Of a stretch of DNA of 64,000 bases, positions 30,352-41,543 are shown piece after piece. The notes beneath the pieces were generated by a model that saw nothing but the letters and a program-made list of their open reading frames with translations, did not search any database and was not told where the DNA came from. A program made the position numbers and the translations under genes. The number at the start of each line of letters is the position of its first letter. Position 1 is the stretch's first letter. Source of the stretch: Opitutales bacterium (GTDB taxonomy: Bacteria > Verrucomicrobiota > Verrucomicrobiia > Opitutales > UBA2987); contig CBDDEL010000015.1 of NCBI GenBank assembly GCA_965226885.1, forward strand, positions 320,001 to 384,000, read 5' to 3'.

Positions 30352-31938
30352 GTGATGGATTTGAGTAGTGCAGCCGTTACAACCCGCAGTGGCCTGCATG
30401 TGGTCGATTGGTGCTTTGTTGCCGTATATGCGTTTGGCATGATGGGGATCGGCGCCTGGTATGCCCGACGCGAAAAAGATGATTCCGATTATTTCATTGG
30501 AGACGGTCGGATGAACACGACCTTGGTAGGTATTTCACTTTTCGCAACGCTGTTCAGCACCATAAGTTATCTGTCCCAGCCGGGAGAAATTATCAAGCAC
30601 GGCCCCTTTATCCTCTTTATTTTTCTCTCCATCCCGATTGCCTACTATGTCGTCACCCGCATGTTAATCCCCGTCTACATGCGGCATCGGGTCGTCTCCG
30701 CCTACCAGCTTCTTGATTCCAGCCTGGGACCGGGCATTCGGAGGCTTGGGGCGGCGCTTTTCATATTACTCCGGCTGGTTTGGATGTCCGTCCTGATTTT
30801 CATGGCATCGTCAGCGATTGCAGTTATCATCGGCTTGCCCTCGGATCAGGTTTACTGGGTAATCGCCGGCACCGGTTTGGTGGCGGTCTTTTACACCACC
30901 TTAGGAGGGCTCAGAGCAGTGGTTATTTCCGATGTAGTGCAAACCTTCATTCTTCTCCTCGGCGCGCTCTGCACCCTATGGATCGTAAGCTGGCGCCTGG
31001 GCGGACTTTCCTGGATACCTACCTCCTGGAACCCTCATTGGGACGTGCAGCCTATATTCAGTTTCGATCCTCACGTGCGAGTCACCGTAATCGGGGTCAT
31101 CGTGATGAATTTTTTCTGGCAAATTTGCACTGCGGGAGGCGACCAGTTGGCCATCCAGCGTTACATGGCCACCCGGGATGCGGACGCCGCCCGCCGCGCC
31201 TTCCTCATCAATTCAATTCTAGGTGTGGGTATTTCGCTTTTGGTGGCCACGATTGGTTTTGCTCTGGTCGGTTATTACACCCGGTTTCCTGAATTACTTC
31301 CGCGGGGAGAATCCATCGATTCTTACGCCGATCAACTTTTTCCCAACTTCATCGGCACCCAGTTGCCGATCGGTCTTTCCGGGTTAGTGGTTTCCGCGTT
31401 GTTTGCTGCCGCCATGTCCAGCGTGGACTCAGGAATAAATTCCATAACCGCGGTAGTCCTGCATGACTTTTTGCGTGGATTCCAAAAGCGGCTTCCCGAG
31501 AAAAAACGTGTTCTCCTAGCCCGCTGGCTCGCCTTGGGCATCGGTCTTTGTGTCGTCCTGGTCGCCTCCCTGGTCGGGGGGATACCCGGCAGCTTTCTCG
31601 AACTTACAAAAAAGACCACGAATCTTTTTGCAGGACCCATTTTCGGTCTTTTTTTCCTTGCGGTGATATACCGAAAGTCCAATCCACTCGGCGCCTGGGT
31701 GGGAACCGTTTGGGGATTCCTGACATCCCTGACCATCGCTTATTGGGATAGTTTGACTGGTCTGCGCCCGTTGAGCTTCATGTATATAATTCCGCCTGCG
31801 CTCGTGGTGCAGATCGGAACAGCGATCATTCTGGCAAAATTCTCTTTGCCCGATTCAGTTCGAACCAAAGCCGTTATCGCCCTGATTCTTTGCCTGATGC
31901 CGCTGGCGGGAATAATCTTGTTGGGTCTTCTCAGCTAA
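30352..31938 (+). CDS. Sodium:solute symporter (SSS) family transporter
   Basis: About 13 TM segments; GGLRAVVISDVVQ, DQLAIQRY, AAAMSSVDSGINS. Confidence 0.93.
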   Translation: MMDLSSAAVTTRSGLHVVDWCFVAVYAFGMMGIGAWYARREKDDSDYFIGDGRMNTTLVGISLFATLFSTISYLSQPGEIIKHGPFILFIFLSIPIAYYVVTRMLIPVYMRHRVVSAYQLLDSSLGPGIRRLGAALFILLRLVWMSVLIFMASSAIAVIIGLPSDQVYWVIAGTGLVAVFYTTLGGLRAVVISDVVQTFILLLGALCTLWIVSWRLGGLSWIPTSWNPHWDVQPIFSFDPHVRVTVIGVIVMNFFWQICTAGGDQLAIQRYMATRDADAARRAFLINSILGVGISLLVATIGFALVGYYTRFPELLPRGESIDSYADQLFPNFIGTQLPIGLSGLVVSALFAAAMSSVDSGINSITAVVLHDFLRGFQKRLPEKKRVLLARWLALGIGLCVVLVASLVGGIPGSFLELTKKTTNLFAGPIFGLFFLAVIYRKSNPLGAWVGTVWGFLTSLTIAYWDSLTGLRPLSFMYIIPPALVVQIGTAIILAKFSLPDSVRTKAVIALILCLMPLAGIILLGLLS

Positions 31939-32036
31939 ATTCGGTCAGGTGGGGAAAGAGTCAGAATGACAGAAGCCTCCAGAATTTGAACAACTCCTAC
32001 AGATGGCATGTGAGTATTTGCGATTGCATCGAATGG

Positions 32037-34907
32037 ATGACGCCAATAAAAATCTGTATCGTGCATGGCAGTCTCAACATTCCGGTTGATTTTCTTCGAA
32101 GGGACCCATTAAACGCTTCGTCCGGTAGCTTCCTCGTATGCTGCCTACTGCCCATTCTCCCGTTGACGGCCGCCAACGGTGAGTTCTGGACCGACACCGG
32201 TGCGTCCTTCAATGACGGCACCCTGGGCAACTCCGGCCAGAATCTCTACGTTAACCGGTGGGGCGAACTGGAGATCATCCGCCGTTACGACATCGATGGC
32301 AACGGCTACCTCGACCTACTGTTCAACAGTTCCCATGACAACTACCATGCCGTGCCGGCCACGTTGGCCACCATAATACCGGGACCAACTGTAAGAGTTA
32401 CCAATCTCGGCGTGGACGGAAGCCGCCGCGTTATCCCCTACGATTTGAATCGGGACGGCTTTACCGATTTGGTCTTTATGCCCAACCTTCAGAACATCAA
32501 GGAGGACCGAGCTTCGGTCATAATTGCCTGGGGCGCCGCCGATGGATGGAGAGCTGCCCGGCTGACCCGCCAGCTTCCCGGCAACAACATGGAAAGCCTG
32601 GCCGTGGGGGACCTCGATGGCGACGGTTGGCCGGATATACTCACGCTTAACAGTGAAGGTTGGCTTTTCGGCCAACCACGTGGCCGAATTGTCCGCATTT
32701 TTTGGGGCGGCCCGGAAGGCTATTTCCTGACCAATTATCAAGATCTTGGAATTCCCCGGGCGATCGAAGTTGTGGCTGGCGGCTTTGGGGCGCAGCGGGA
32801 ATTTTCCGCCGCGGTTCTCGCTGATACCGGTGCGATCCACTATTTGGCGCCCACAGCCAATGGGACCGGCCTCCATCTCGCCCAAACCGTCCAGTTGCCT
32901 GTCACGGGAGACGTTCCCGCCAAACCTCAATGCCTGCTCGCCCAGCCTGGCACGGGCCCTTCCGGCGACACCTTGTGGGTCGGCACCGATTCTCCTGTGC
33001 TGTTTCATGTCGGCGGCACGGGGCTTCCGGACAACTTCCAATCCATTGAAGCCCAACCCGCTACTCACCTGGCGCTCGGCCGCCTCGACAACGACCCGTG
33101 GCCCGACCTGGTGCTCACCAATTATCCCTTTTCCATTGCAGCAGCGATGTTGCACGCACCCGACCCCAACCCTTCGGTCACCGTCCTTTGGGGCGCTGCC
33201 GAGGGCTTGAGCACCGGGGGCAGCGTCGCCCTGTCAATTCCCAACGCGATATCGACTGCTATTGGCGACCTCAATACCGACGGTCATGGCGACTTGCTCG
33301 TATCGGTCCGTCAGGGCGATAAAACCATGAAAGCGTTCTCACGGGTGTATATGGGTGATGGCAGTCGCGAACTGCCCGCCACGGGTTTGCCCGTAGCTAC
33401 CGAGGGTGCGGAGGGTGTGGCGGTCGCAAAAATCACTCCGCAGTCCCAGCCCATGGCGATTTTCGCCAATAGCCTGGCCGCCACCCTGGATGCCGACGTG
33501 CCCCTGCATCTTTACTGGGGTTCGGCCGATGGTTTCTCCACCAAAGCGAGGACCGACATCCGAAATATCAGCGGTTATAAATCTAGCATCTCCGACCTCA
33601 ACAGCGATGGCCATGTCGACCTCATTTTCATAAACGCAAGTGGCGAGGTGAGTGAAGCGGACTTTGCGCGCATTCCTGAAGGGGGCGCTAACATATACTG
33701 GGGAGGAGATGAAGGAAGCATCCACGGCCCGGGACCCACGCGCTTCGATCCCGCCCGCCGCCAGATTCTCCGCGAGTCGGGCCTCGGCTCGATCAACGTC
33801 GCCGACCTCAACGGCGACAGTTTCCTCGACATAGTGCTAGGATCGTTTCAGTCCCCATCAAATCTGGTCATCTACTATGGCTCGGCCGCCGGCTTACTCC
33901 CCGAAAACCGTGTGGTGTTGCGCGTGCCCGACCGCTCGATCGGGTGCCTCATCGCCGACTTTAACCGCGATGGCAGCCTCGATATCATCGTCGGTGGCTA
34001 CAAAATAAACCGGATCTTCACCTATTGGGGTAGTGCCGGTGGCTACAGCGAAAGCAATAAGACCATACTACCTTACACGGCGCCCATCGACCTCGAGGCC
34101 GCCGACCTGAACGACGACGGCTGGCTCGATCTGATTGTGGCCAGTTATGATGACCCAGTAGCCGGACACCGCGACACCGGAAATTCCATCTTCTGGGGTG
34201 GGGCCGAAGGCTGGAGGCAGGCTGATTCGCAGTGGTTACAAGGGATGACCCCGATTGGGCTGGCCGTCGCCGACCTCGACGCAGACGGATTTCTCGACAT
34301 CGTCTCGCCGCACTATGCCGGTGATATAACGCGTGAACACATGCCCTCGTATATCTATTGGGGCTCCCCGCAGGGCTATGCGCCCTTGCAACGCACCTCC
34401 CTGACCGTCGACTCGGCATCTGAGGTCGTCATCGCCGACTTCGACCAGGACGGAAGACCCGACCTGGCTTTCACCGCGCACTCGGTCAATGCCGGCCACC
34501 GCACCGATACCCCAATCTACTTCAACGACGGCAACCGCTTCCAGTCGCCAAAGGTCCAATACCTGCCGGTATCCGGGCCACACTATATGTGGGTCCAGGA
34601 TATCGGCAACATCTACCACCGCCGCCATGAGGAGATCTTTACCTCGCGCGTTTTCACCTGGAAGAAAACCCGCCGGCACGGAGAAATCAAGATCGCCTCC
34701 GCCACGCCATTCGACTCCCGTGTCGGCCTTCATGTACGTAGCGCATTGGATGAAACCGCTATGGCCTCGGCGCGTTGGCGCGAAGTCTCCGGTGAATCGT
34801 TTGAAGTGTCCGGTGGCGATCGCATCCTCCAATATCGTCTCGACCTCATCAGTGCCAACGGCGATGCCTATCCACTCATCCGCAAAGTCGACCTCTCCCT
34901 CAGATGA
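32037..34907 (+). CDS. Large FG-GAP/VCBS repeat protein (paralog of 21308-24172); start uncertain
   Basis: DLNxDG repeats plus YWG/FWG; shares N- and C-terminal motifs with the other copy. Confidence 0.88.
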   Translation: MTPIKICIVHGSLNIPVDFLRRDPLNASSGSFLVCCLLPILPLTAANGEFWTDTGASFNDGTLGNSGQNLYVNRWGELEIIRRYDIDGNGYLDLLFNSSHDNYHAVPATLATIIPGPTVRVTNLGVDGSRRVIPYDLNRDGFTDLVFMPNLQNIKEDRASVIIAWGAADGWRAARLTRQLPGNNMESLAVGDLDGDGWPDILTLNSEGWLFGQPRGRIVRIFWGGPEGYFLTNYQDLGIPRAIEVVAGGFGAQREFSAAVLADTGAIHYLAPTANGTGLHLAQTVQLPVTGDVPAKPQCLLAQPGTGPSGDTLWVGTDSPVLFHVGGTGLPDNFQSIEAQPATHLALGRLDNDPWPDLVLTNYPFSIAAAMLHAPDPNPSVTVLWGAAEGLSTGGSVALSIPNAISTAIGDLNTDGHGDLLVSVRQGDKTMKAFSRVYMGDGSRELPATGLPVATEGAEGVAVAKITPQSQPMAIFANSLAATLDADVPLHLYWGSADGFSTKARTDIRNISGYKSSISDLNSDGHVDLIFINASGEVSEADFARIPEGGANIYWGGDEGSIHGPGPTRFDPARRQILRESGLGSINVADLNGDSFLDIVLGSFQSPSNLVIYYGSAAGLLPENRVVLRVPDRSIGCLIADFNRDGSLDIIVGGYKINRIFTYWGSAGGYSESNKTILPYTAPIDLEAADLNDDGWLDLIVASYDDPVAGHRDTGNSIFWGGAEGWRQADSQWLQGMTPIGLAVADLDADGFLDIVSPHYAGDITREHMPSYIYWGSPQGYAPLQRTSLTVDSASEVVIADFDQDGRPDLAFTAHSVNAGHRTDTPIYFNDGNRFQSPKVQYLPVSGPHYMWVQDIGNIYHRRHEEIFTSRVFTWKKTRRHGEIKIASATPFDSRVGLHVRSALDETAMASARWREVSGESFEVSGGDRILQYRLDLISANGDAYPLIRKVDLSLR

Positions 34908-35070
34908 CGCTCACCCCATTCCGGCGTTAAAGCGCATATCGCCAAGCGCAGAAAAGAGACGCTGCCGCCGACTTTATGGTTGGCCGAGAAGGAAATCCCA
35001 GCATGGATCCGGAGGATTTCATCATGAACAGAGCTATGGATGGGTCGGATTCGCGCTTCCCTAAATCGCG

Positions 35071-36301
35071 TTATTTTTTGGTCTCGAAAATCAGGCGCAA
35101 AATCTTGTCATCGTCTGGACGCAATCTGGCTCGTCCATCGGTATTGCTGGTCAAAACGTAGAGGTGGCCGTCCGGTCCAACGGCCACGTCGCGCAGGCGT
35201 CCGTAGATTCCGTTGTGCGGGTCGCGAGCAAACCAACGTTCAATTTTCACCACTTGATAGTCGTCCTCAAATTGGATGCGAAGGAGCGCTTCACTTCGCA
35301 AAGTGGCAACGAAGAGATCGCCCCGATAGAAGTTGATTCCTGGGGGAGGCACCGAAAAATCGCCCCACCAGATGATGGGATCCCGGTATGCAGCGATGTG
35401 AGGCGCGCCGACGACATTGGCCCAACCGTAGTTGGCTCCTTTCTCAACGATATTGATCTCGTCGCGCCCAATGACTCCAGGCCATTCACCGGATGGGCCG
35501 TGCTCGGAGTTAAACATAAGGCCGGTTTCGGGGTCCCACGCCAGGCCTTGGACTACGCGGTATCCATAGGAAAATACGGGGGAGCCAGGGAAGGGGTTAT
35601 CCTTCGGAATCTGGCCGTCCGGAGTGATGCGAAGGATTTTCCCAGCCAATGATTCGAGATCTTGGGAGAGCGGCGCCTGCCAGAGATCGCCCGTCCCGAT
35701 GTAAAGCATCCTATCGGGACCAAACGCAATCCTGCCACCGATATGAATGTCGTGGCCGGGCAAGTTGTCCAATATGACGCGGTTCAATACTCCGGTGTCA
35801 CCTTGATGGCGGAGACGAATGACACGGTTGACCATCTGGTCATCTTTTCGATAACTGTACATAGCGTAGACAAACGGGTGCGGGTGCTCTTGGGTGCGGG
35901 TGCTCTTCAAATTGGGGATGCAGGGCCAGTCCCATGAGCCCGGCATCAACGACATGGGCAACCTCCTCGATATTGATGTAGAGTTGCGGCTGGTTTTGCC
36001 CATGAGGAATTCGCTGAATGCGACCAGGTCGTTCCGAAACAAGAGCATCGCTGTTTGGCAGGAAAACCAGAGACCAGGGAATCTGTAGGTTCTCTACCCA
36101 AGTCTCGACCCTGACGCCCTCCAATTCGAGAAGAAAAACGTCGGTCACGCGTTGCGGCACTTCGCCGCGGATGGGTTGGCCATAAGTGATGCTGGAAAGG
36201 CAAAAGGCAACCAGCAGCGACAAAACTTGTTGGAACTGTGAAAAGCGAAACCAATGCCCTTTGATCGGCGGGTTTGCAGTTCTACATCTGAAGTACATCA
36301 C
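35071..36301 (-). pseudogene. PQQ-dependent sugar (glucose/sorbosone) dehydrogenase, frameshifted
   Basis: IPWSLVFLP, GLMGLALHP, HIGGRIAFGPD, SEHGP, DEIN, GRLRDV. 16-bp duplication at 35876-35907. Confidence 0.88.
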
Positions 36302-36547
36302 GGTCCTTTCCTCCGCCTATCACTGTGGACACAATCAGTTTAATGACTCACAACGTTATGGATGAGCTGCCGAGTCACAGGCGAAATCGGCTCGATTCTT
36401 TCGAAATATCCTGTCTCATGCAATTGGCTTTTTGTCTTGAAAGCAAAATTAACCCTCCCGGCAAAGCACGTGTCACCCGACTGACCGCTTTCCTACCGGG
36501 AACCAATGCATTCAATCAAAATAATCTTCATCTTCATTCAAGCTCTA

Positions 36548-37531
36548 TCAGTGGACTTGCTTTTCGATTGCTTCTATCAGCCCCTTCATGTAGCCGACTG
36601 CAAAGAGGCGGCCCATCATCGCGTAACCCGGCTCAGCATTGCTCTCACCCTCCATAGTGGGTGCATGATCGGGCCTCATGGGTCCCTTAAACCCGATGTC
36701 GTAGTAGGCTTTCATGGCCTCGAACATGTCAATTTGACCATCGTCATGGAAAGTCTCCACGAATTTCTCCCGTGTCCCTTGAATGTTCCGGAAGTGAACG
36801 AAAAAAATCTTCTTTTGCGCTCCGAAAGTGCGAATACAAGAAGGCACGTCTTCCCCCATTTCCGAAAAACAACCCTGGCAAAAGGTAAGTCCGTTCGCCG
36901 GGCTCGGATAGAAATCGAGGAGCCGTTGGAAGTGGCTCGGGCAGGTCATTATCTGGGATAATCCCCTGATGAGCGAAATCGGGGGATCCGAGGAGTGCAT
37001 GGCCAGCTTTACCCCCGCTTCCTCAGCAATCGGAATAACCACCCGAAGGAAATACTCGAGCGCTTCCCATAGCTGATCCTCGCTCACCTCACCGTACTTC
37101 GTGAGCGGCTGTTTCATCATTTTTTGATGGTCGTAGCCGGTCACCAAGGCGCCCGCTCTCGTCGGCACGTCGAAATCCGTTCTAATCCAATTGAAGACCG
37201 GAATCCAATTGTAACACAAAATGGGAATGCCTGCCGCTCCCATGTTCCTGATATTCTGGCAAAATACTTCGAGATCCGCATCCCGCCCCTCGAGTCCCAA
37301 CCTGATGCGGTTTGAGGGCTGCGGTCCGAGACCTTCTAGAACCGAGAGGCGCAACCCGTGAGCTTCCGCCCGACGCCGCATAGCGCTCAACTCTTGCAAT
37401 GGCCATAACCGTCCATGCAGTGATTTCGGCAGGTCCAAAACGACGTCCGTGGCGCCCATCTGGGCAATCAATCGCAGTTGCGACCCTTCACCGTTGCTCT
37501 TGAAGGCAATACGAATTCTTCCCTGGCTCAT
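36548..37531 (-). CDS. uxuA: Mannonate dehydratase
   Basis: CYNW, TFCQG, VHFRN, RPDHAP, GRLFAVGY. The usual HPDDP reads HSSDP, so possibly impaired. Confidence 0.85.
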   Translation of the reverse strand: MSQGRIRIAFKSNGEGSQLRLIAQMGATDVVLDLPKSLHGRLWPLQELSAMRRRAEAHGLRLSVLEGLGPQPSNRIRLGLEGRDADLEVFCQNIRNMGAAGIPILCYNWIPVFNWIRTDFDVPTRAGALVTGYDHQKMMKQPLTKYGEVSEDQLWEALEYFLRVVIPIAEEAGVKLAMHSSDPPISLIRGLSQIMTCPSHFQRLLDFYPSPANGLTFCQGCFSEMGEDVPSCIRTFGAQKKIFFVHFRNIQGTREKFVETFHDDGQIDMFEAMKAYYDIGFKGPMRPDHAPTMEGESNAEPGYAMMGRLFAVGYMKGLIEAIEKQVH

Positions 37532-37824
37532 TTTCCAATTTCCTCTCTTATCCTTTGCGATGTGGCCAGCGGCCGCCGATACCCGATGGCAATCATTGAG
37601 CGAGTATTAAGGGCGGACAACCAAATAATACTCGCCTCTCGCTGAGGGACGAAATTAGACACCCATACTTCAGTAAATTGAGGTTGGCATTCACCAATGT
37701 GTCTCACGTTGTGGGTGGGATATTAAAGCAATTTGCCGTTGACACCATGAACCACTCGTATGTAGGCTCATAATTCCCTTTGACGGCGCCAATTGCGCAC
37801 CGCGAAAGAGACTAACATGTCGCC

Positions 37825-38937
37825 ATGATTGAATACATCGAAAGCTCGACGGTCTATGATAACCCGAATCCCAAGGCGCGCAGCCGGCATGCCTATTTTC
37901 CTGGTGTGGTGCAGCTTCCCTCGGGCGAGTTACTGGCCCTGTTTCCCATCGGGGAGGCATTTGAGTCGGCAGACCAAACCACCTATGTCTCTCGTTCCAA
38001 CGACTTGGGAAAAACCTGGAGATTGCAGGGTCCGCTCTACGACAGGCGCCAGGATCCGGTACCGATTAGTGACAGTCTCAAACCACTGGTGTTACGAGAC
38101 GGCACGCTGATCGCGCTCGGTTATGGTTTCCACCGCCACGATCCCGAACACCCGATTACGGTGGAAGAGACGGATGGTGTCCTGCCCGGTGAAGATTTGG
38201 TTTCGTTTTCATCGGACGAGGGGCATAGCTGGACCGAGCCTCGCGTGATTCCGCGCAGTATTCCCGAATTGGTGGAGATTCCCGGTCGCTCCGTGCAACT
38301 GCAATCTGGCGATATTGTGGCTACCGGCGGATTATTCCGTCTTCCGGACGGCACTACTCCGAGCGGCCAGTTTGGCGTGCTCATACGGAGCAAAGATAAC
38401 GGCCGCACATGGGATGACACGGTGCACTTTTTTGAGAGTCCCGACAAGACGGTGGCGGCCTACGAATCGAATGTAATTGAAATGCAACCAGGACGCCTGG
38501 TCGCCATTTGTTGGGCCTTCCAGATCAGTACCGGCAAACATCTTCCTAACCATGTCACCGTTTCCCATGATAATGGATATACCTGGTCGGCGCCTATCAA
38601 TACTGGTCACCTAGCGGAGTCCTCGAACATCTTTTATCTGGGAGGGGACCATCTGCTCAGCATCCACTGCCATCGAGGGCGCGATGTCGGTCTTTATGTG
38701 CGGTTGATCGACTTTAGCCAGGACCGTTGGAAGATGCTCGAGGAAAAAGCCATTTGGGGTACATCAATCGAATCCCAAACCCGTGATGGGCAGACCTTTC
38801 ACGAGTTCGCCGGTGCGATCCGCTTTGGCCAGGGCTCGTTGCTTGGCCTGACCAACGGCGATATCCTGGCTACTCATTGGTGCGTGGAGGAGGGCCAGGG
38901 AAAAATCCTGACCCACCGGTTGCGAGTCACCGTCTGA
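37825..38937 (+). CDS. Sialidase-fold (BNR/Asp-box) protein
   Basis: Four Asp-boxes: SNDLGKTW, SSDEGHSW, SKDNGRTW, SHDNGYTW. Confidence 0.85.
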   Translation: MIEYIESSTVYDNPNPKARSRHAYFPGVVQLPSGELLALFPIGEAFESADQTTYVSRSNDLGKTWRLQGPLYDRRQDPVPISDSLKPLVLRDGTLIALGYGFHRHDPEHPITVEETDGVLPGEDLVSFSSDEGHSWTEPRVIPRSIPELVEIPGRSVQLQSGDIVATGGLFRLPDGTTPSGQFGVLIRSKDNGRTWDDTVHFFESPDKTVAAYESNVIEMQPGRLVAICWAFQISTGKHLPNHVTVSHDNGYTWSAPINTGHLAESSNIFYLGGDHLLSIHCHRGRDVGLYVRLIDFSQDRWKMLEEKAIWGTSIESQTRDGQTFHEFAGAIRFGQGSLLGLTNGDILATHWCVEEGQGKILTHRLRVTV

Positions 38938-39053
38938 CCGGTGCGATTCACGCTTTACGGGTAGAGTCGCATCCCATAAGAATTACTAGCATCGGAGTTT
39001 GTATTAATCAATTCTTTGAGTCTCGACAACCATCGATGTGAAGGAAGGATCTT

Positions 39054-40007
39054 TTGAGCAATTTCAATGCGGCATGTGTGGCCTGGGATTCAGAGGAAAT
39101 ATCCGAATGGGTGCGGCCGCAAATCGAGGCAGCGGGCGTCGAATTCGTAATGCGGCAGTGTGAGACCTCTGAGGAGGTTGTCGACACGGCCCGCGATGCG
39201 GACGTTGTATGGGTCTTGGGCGGCTCGATCCTGCTTACGGCCGAGATACTTCCACGGCTCGAGCGCTGTGGCACCGACAATATTCCGGTCGACAGTGCCA
39301 CGGAGCGCGGGATTATCGTGGCCAACACTCCGGATGCGACGGCGGTGCCGGTGGCCGAGCACGCAGCGGCGTTGCTGCTGTCAGTCGTGCGCCAAATTCC
39401 CATACACGACCGTTTTATACGACAGGGTATCTGGAATTGCGAGGAATCCAGTCCACGTATTCTGCTTCGGGGGAGTACGGTCGGCCTACTCGGCTTCGGC
39501 CGTATCGCACGGTGTGTGGCCGAGCGGCTCCATCCCTTCGGTCCGGACCGAATCATAGCGTGTGATCCCCTCGTTGACCCAAATGTAATGGTGGAGCACA
39601 AGTTGCAGGGCGTCGAACTGCCACAATTGCTGGCCGATTCGGACTTCATCTCCATTCACACCCCGTTGTTGAAAGAGACGCACCACTTGATCGGCGAGGC
39701 GGAGCTCTCTCGGATGAAGCCTACCTGTGTGGTGATCAATACTGCCAGAGGCCCAATTATCGACTCGATGGCTCTGGCGGCGGCCGGACTGGATGTCCTG
39801 GAAAGTGAGCCGCCCTCGGCAGACGATCCGCTCGTAGGCCTGCAAAACGTAGTGCTGACGCCACATATCTCCGGCCATTACGATGGTTTCCTGAACGAGT
39901 TCTGGCGACTTTCGGTGGAGACGGTGATCGATCTATCCCGCAAGAAGTGGCCGCTCTCTTTCGTCAATCCAGGCGTTGAACCACGTTGGAAACTGACGGA
40001 AAGGTAG
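39054..40007 (+). CDS. D-isomer 2-hydroxyacid dehydrogenase, probably degraded by in-frame deletions
   Basis: GFGRIA, INTARG, GLDVLE, TPH. Segments expected before GTDNI and AGLDV appear missing. Confidence 0.75.
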   Translation: MSNFNAACVAWDSEEISEWVRPQIEAAGVEFVMRQCETSEEVVDTARDADVVWVLGGSILLTAEILPRLERCGTDNIPVDSATERGIIVANTPDATAVPVAEHAAALLLSVVRQIPIHDRFIRQGIWNCEESSPRILLRGSTVGLLGFGRIARCVAERLHPFGPDRIIACDPLVDPNVMVEHKLQGVELPQLLADSDFISIHTPLLKETHHLIGEAELSRMKPTCVVINTARGPIIDSMALAAAGLDVLESEPPSADDPLVGLQNVVLTPHISGHYDGFLNEFWRLSVETVIDLSRKKWPLSFVNPGVEPRWKLTER

Positions 40008-40049
40008 AAATATTAGCGGAGGAAGAAACATCTGTAACCAATAACCATT

Positions 40050-41402
40050 ATGAAAAAATTATCCCGGCGAAAGTTTGTTAAAACAACTGCCACTATTTCG
40101 GCAGGCACTTTTATTTTGCTCCGGTTTAGCATTGGGCAGTCTGTTCCATCGGCTAACAGCAAACTGAATCTCGCCTTTATTGGGGTCGGCGGCCGTGGGG
40201 TACAAAATCGGAAAGGATTGGTCGATGAGAATATTGTGGCTCTTTGCGACGTTGACGACGGGCGACTGGGCGAGGCCCAAGAGGAGCATCCCAACGCCAG
40301 GAGATTCAAGGATTTTCGGGTCATGCTGGACAAGATGGACAGCGAAATCGATGCGGTGGTGGTATCGACACCTGACCACATGCATTTTGCCTGCGTCATG
40401 GACGCGATGCAACGGGGCAAGCATGTTCTTGTGGAAAAGCCGCTCGCGCATAACATCTGGCAATGCAGAATGCTCAAGAAAGCCGCCCGTTATTACAAAG
40501 TCATCACAGCCCTGGGGAACCAGGGGCATGTTATGGAAGGCATACGATACATCAAGGAGTGGGTTGATGCGGGAGTTCTGGGCGATGTAACGGAAGTGCA
40601 CGGATGGAGCGCGGGTCCCTACACCGAGGAATTATTTTATCGAAAGCCAGACAAAAGTCCGCCGACGCCGGAGGAGGTTCCTCAAGGATTGGACTGGGAT
40701 CTCTGGCTGGGCGTTGCCAAACAGCGCCCCTACAGCCAGTTTTATCAACCAAGAACTTGGCGCGCATGGTATGATTTCGGGTCCGGCGAGTTGGGCGACT
40801 GGGTCTGTCATACACTGGATGCTCCCTTTTGGGCGCTGGATTTGGGGATGCCGACGGAGGTCAAACCAACAAGACGTCCACGGTCTCTGGAAGGTTTTGT
40901 CCCCGACCGGTCCATCACTCGCTTCAAGTTTCCGGCGCGGGGAAATAAGCCGCCGGTTACACTGAAATGGTATGACGGCGGTCTCAAACCGCGGTTGCGA
41001 TCCGAGTGGAGAATGAAGCAACTGGCGACAGAGGGGATGATCATGGTCGGAGACAAAAATACTTTGATAACTGGGGAGCGACCGGGAAGCCCCAGATTGT
41101 TGCCGAAAGATGTGTGGGAGGATTTCCGTAGAAACCTGCCGCCAAAAACAATACCGCGGATCAAAGGATCCCACTGGAAGGAATGGACCCGAGCTATCAA
41201 GGGAGAGGGTCCGATGCCCATGTCCAGCATTGATTATGGAGCGGAACTGACGGAATTGGCATTAGTGGGAGTATTGTCCCAACGATTCAATACCCGCATC
41301 AAATGGGATGCCCGGAACATGCGGGTGACCGACCGCCCCGACCTCGATGTCTACATAAAAGAACCCGTTCGCAAAGGTTGGGAATACGGTGAGGAAATTT
41401 GA
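40050..41402 (+). CDS. Tat-exported Gfo/Idh/MocA oxidoreductase
   Basis: SRRKF Tat motif, GVGGRG, STPDHMH, EKP, LDWDLWLG. Confidence 0.92.
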   Translation: MKKLSRRKFVKTTATISAGTFILLRFSIGQSVPSANSKLNLAFIGVGGRGVQNRKGLVDENIVALCDVDDGRLGEAQEEHPNARRFKDFRVMLDKMDSEIDAVVVSTPDHMHFACVMDAMQRGKHVLVEKPLAHNIWQCRMLKKAARYYKVITALGNQGHVMEGIRYIKEWVDAGVLGDVTEVHGWSAGPYTEELFYRKPDKSPPTPEEVPQGLDWDLWLGVAKQRPYSQFYQPRTWRAWYDFGSGELGDWVCHTLDAPFWALDLGMPTEVKPTRRPRSLEGFVPDRSITRFKFPARGNKPPVTLKWYDGGLKPRLRSEWRMKQLATEGMIMVGDKNTLITGERPGSPRLLPKDVWEDFRRNLPPKTIPRIKGSHWKEWTRAIKGEGPMPMSSIDYGAELTELALVGVLSQRFNTRIKWDARNMRVTDRPDLDVYIKEPVRKGWEYGEEI

Positions 41403-41543
41403 AATTCCGTTACATAGCTCGGCGGCGGGGATAAATAGTTGTCGAGATTTCCGTTACCAGAAAATATCCACATGGTGGACACGTTCGTTTTTTTACAGAG
41501 ACATTTGTGTAAAATAGAAGATTGCAACAACTCATTATACTCC

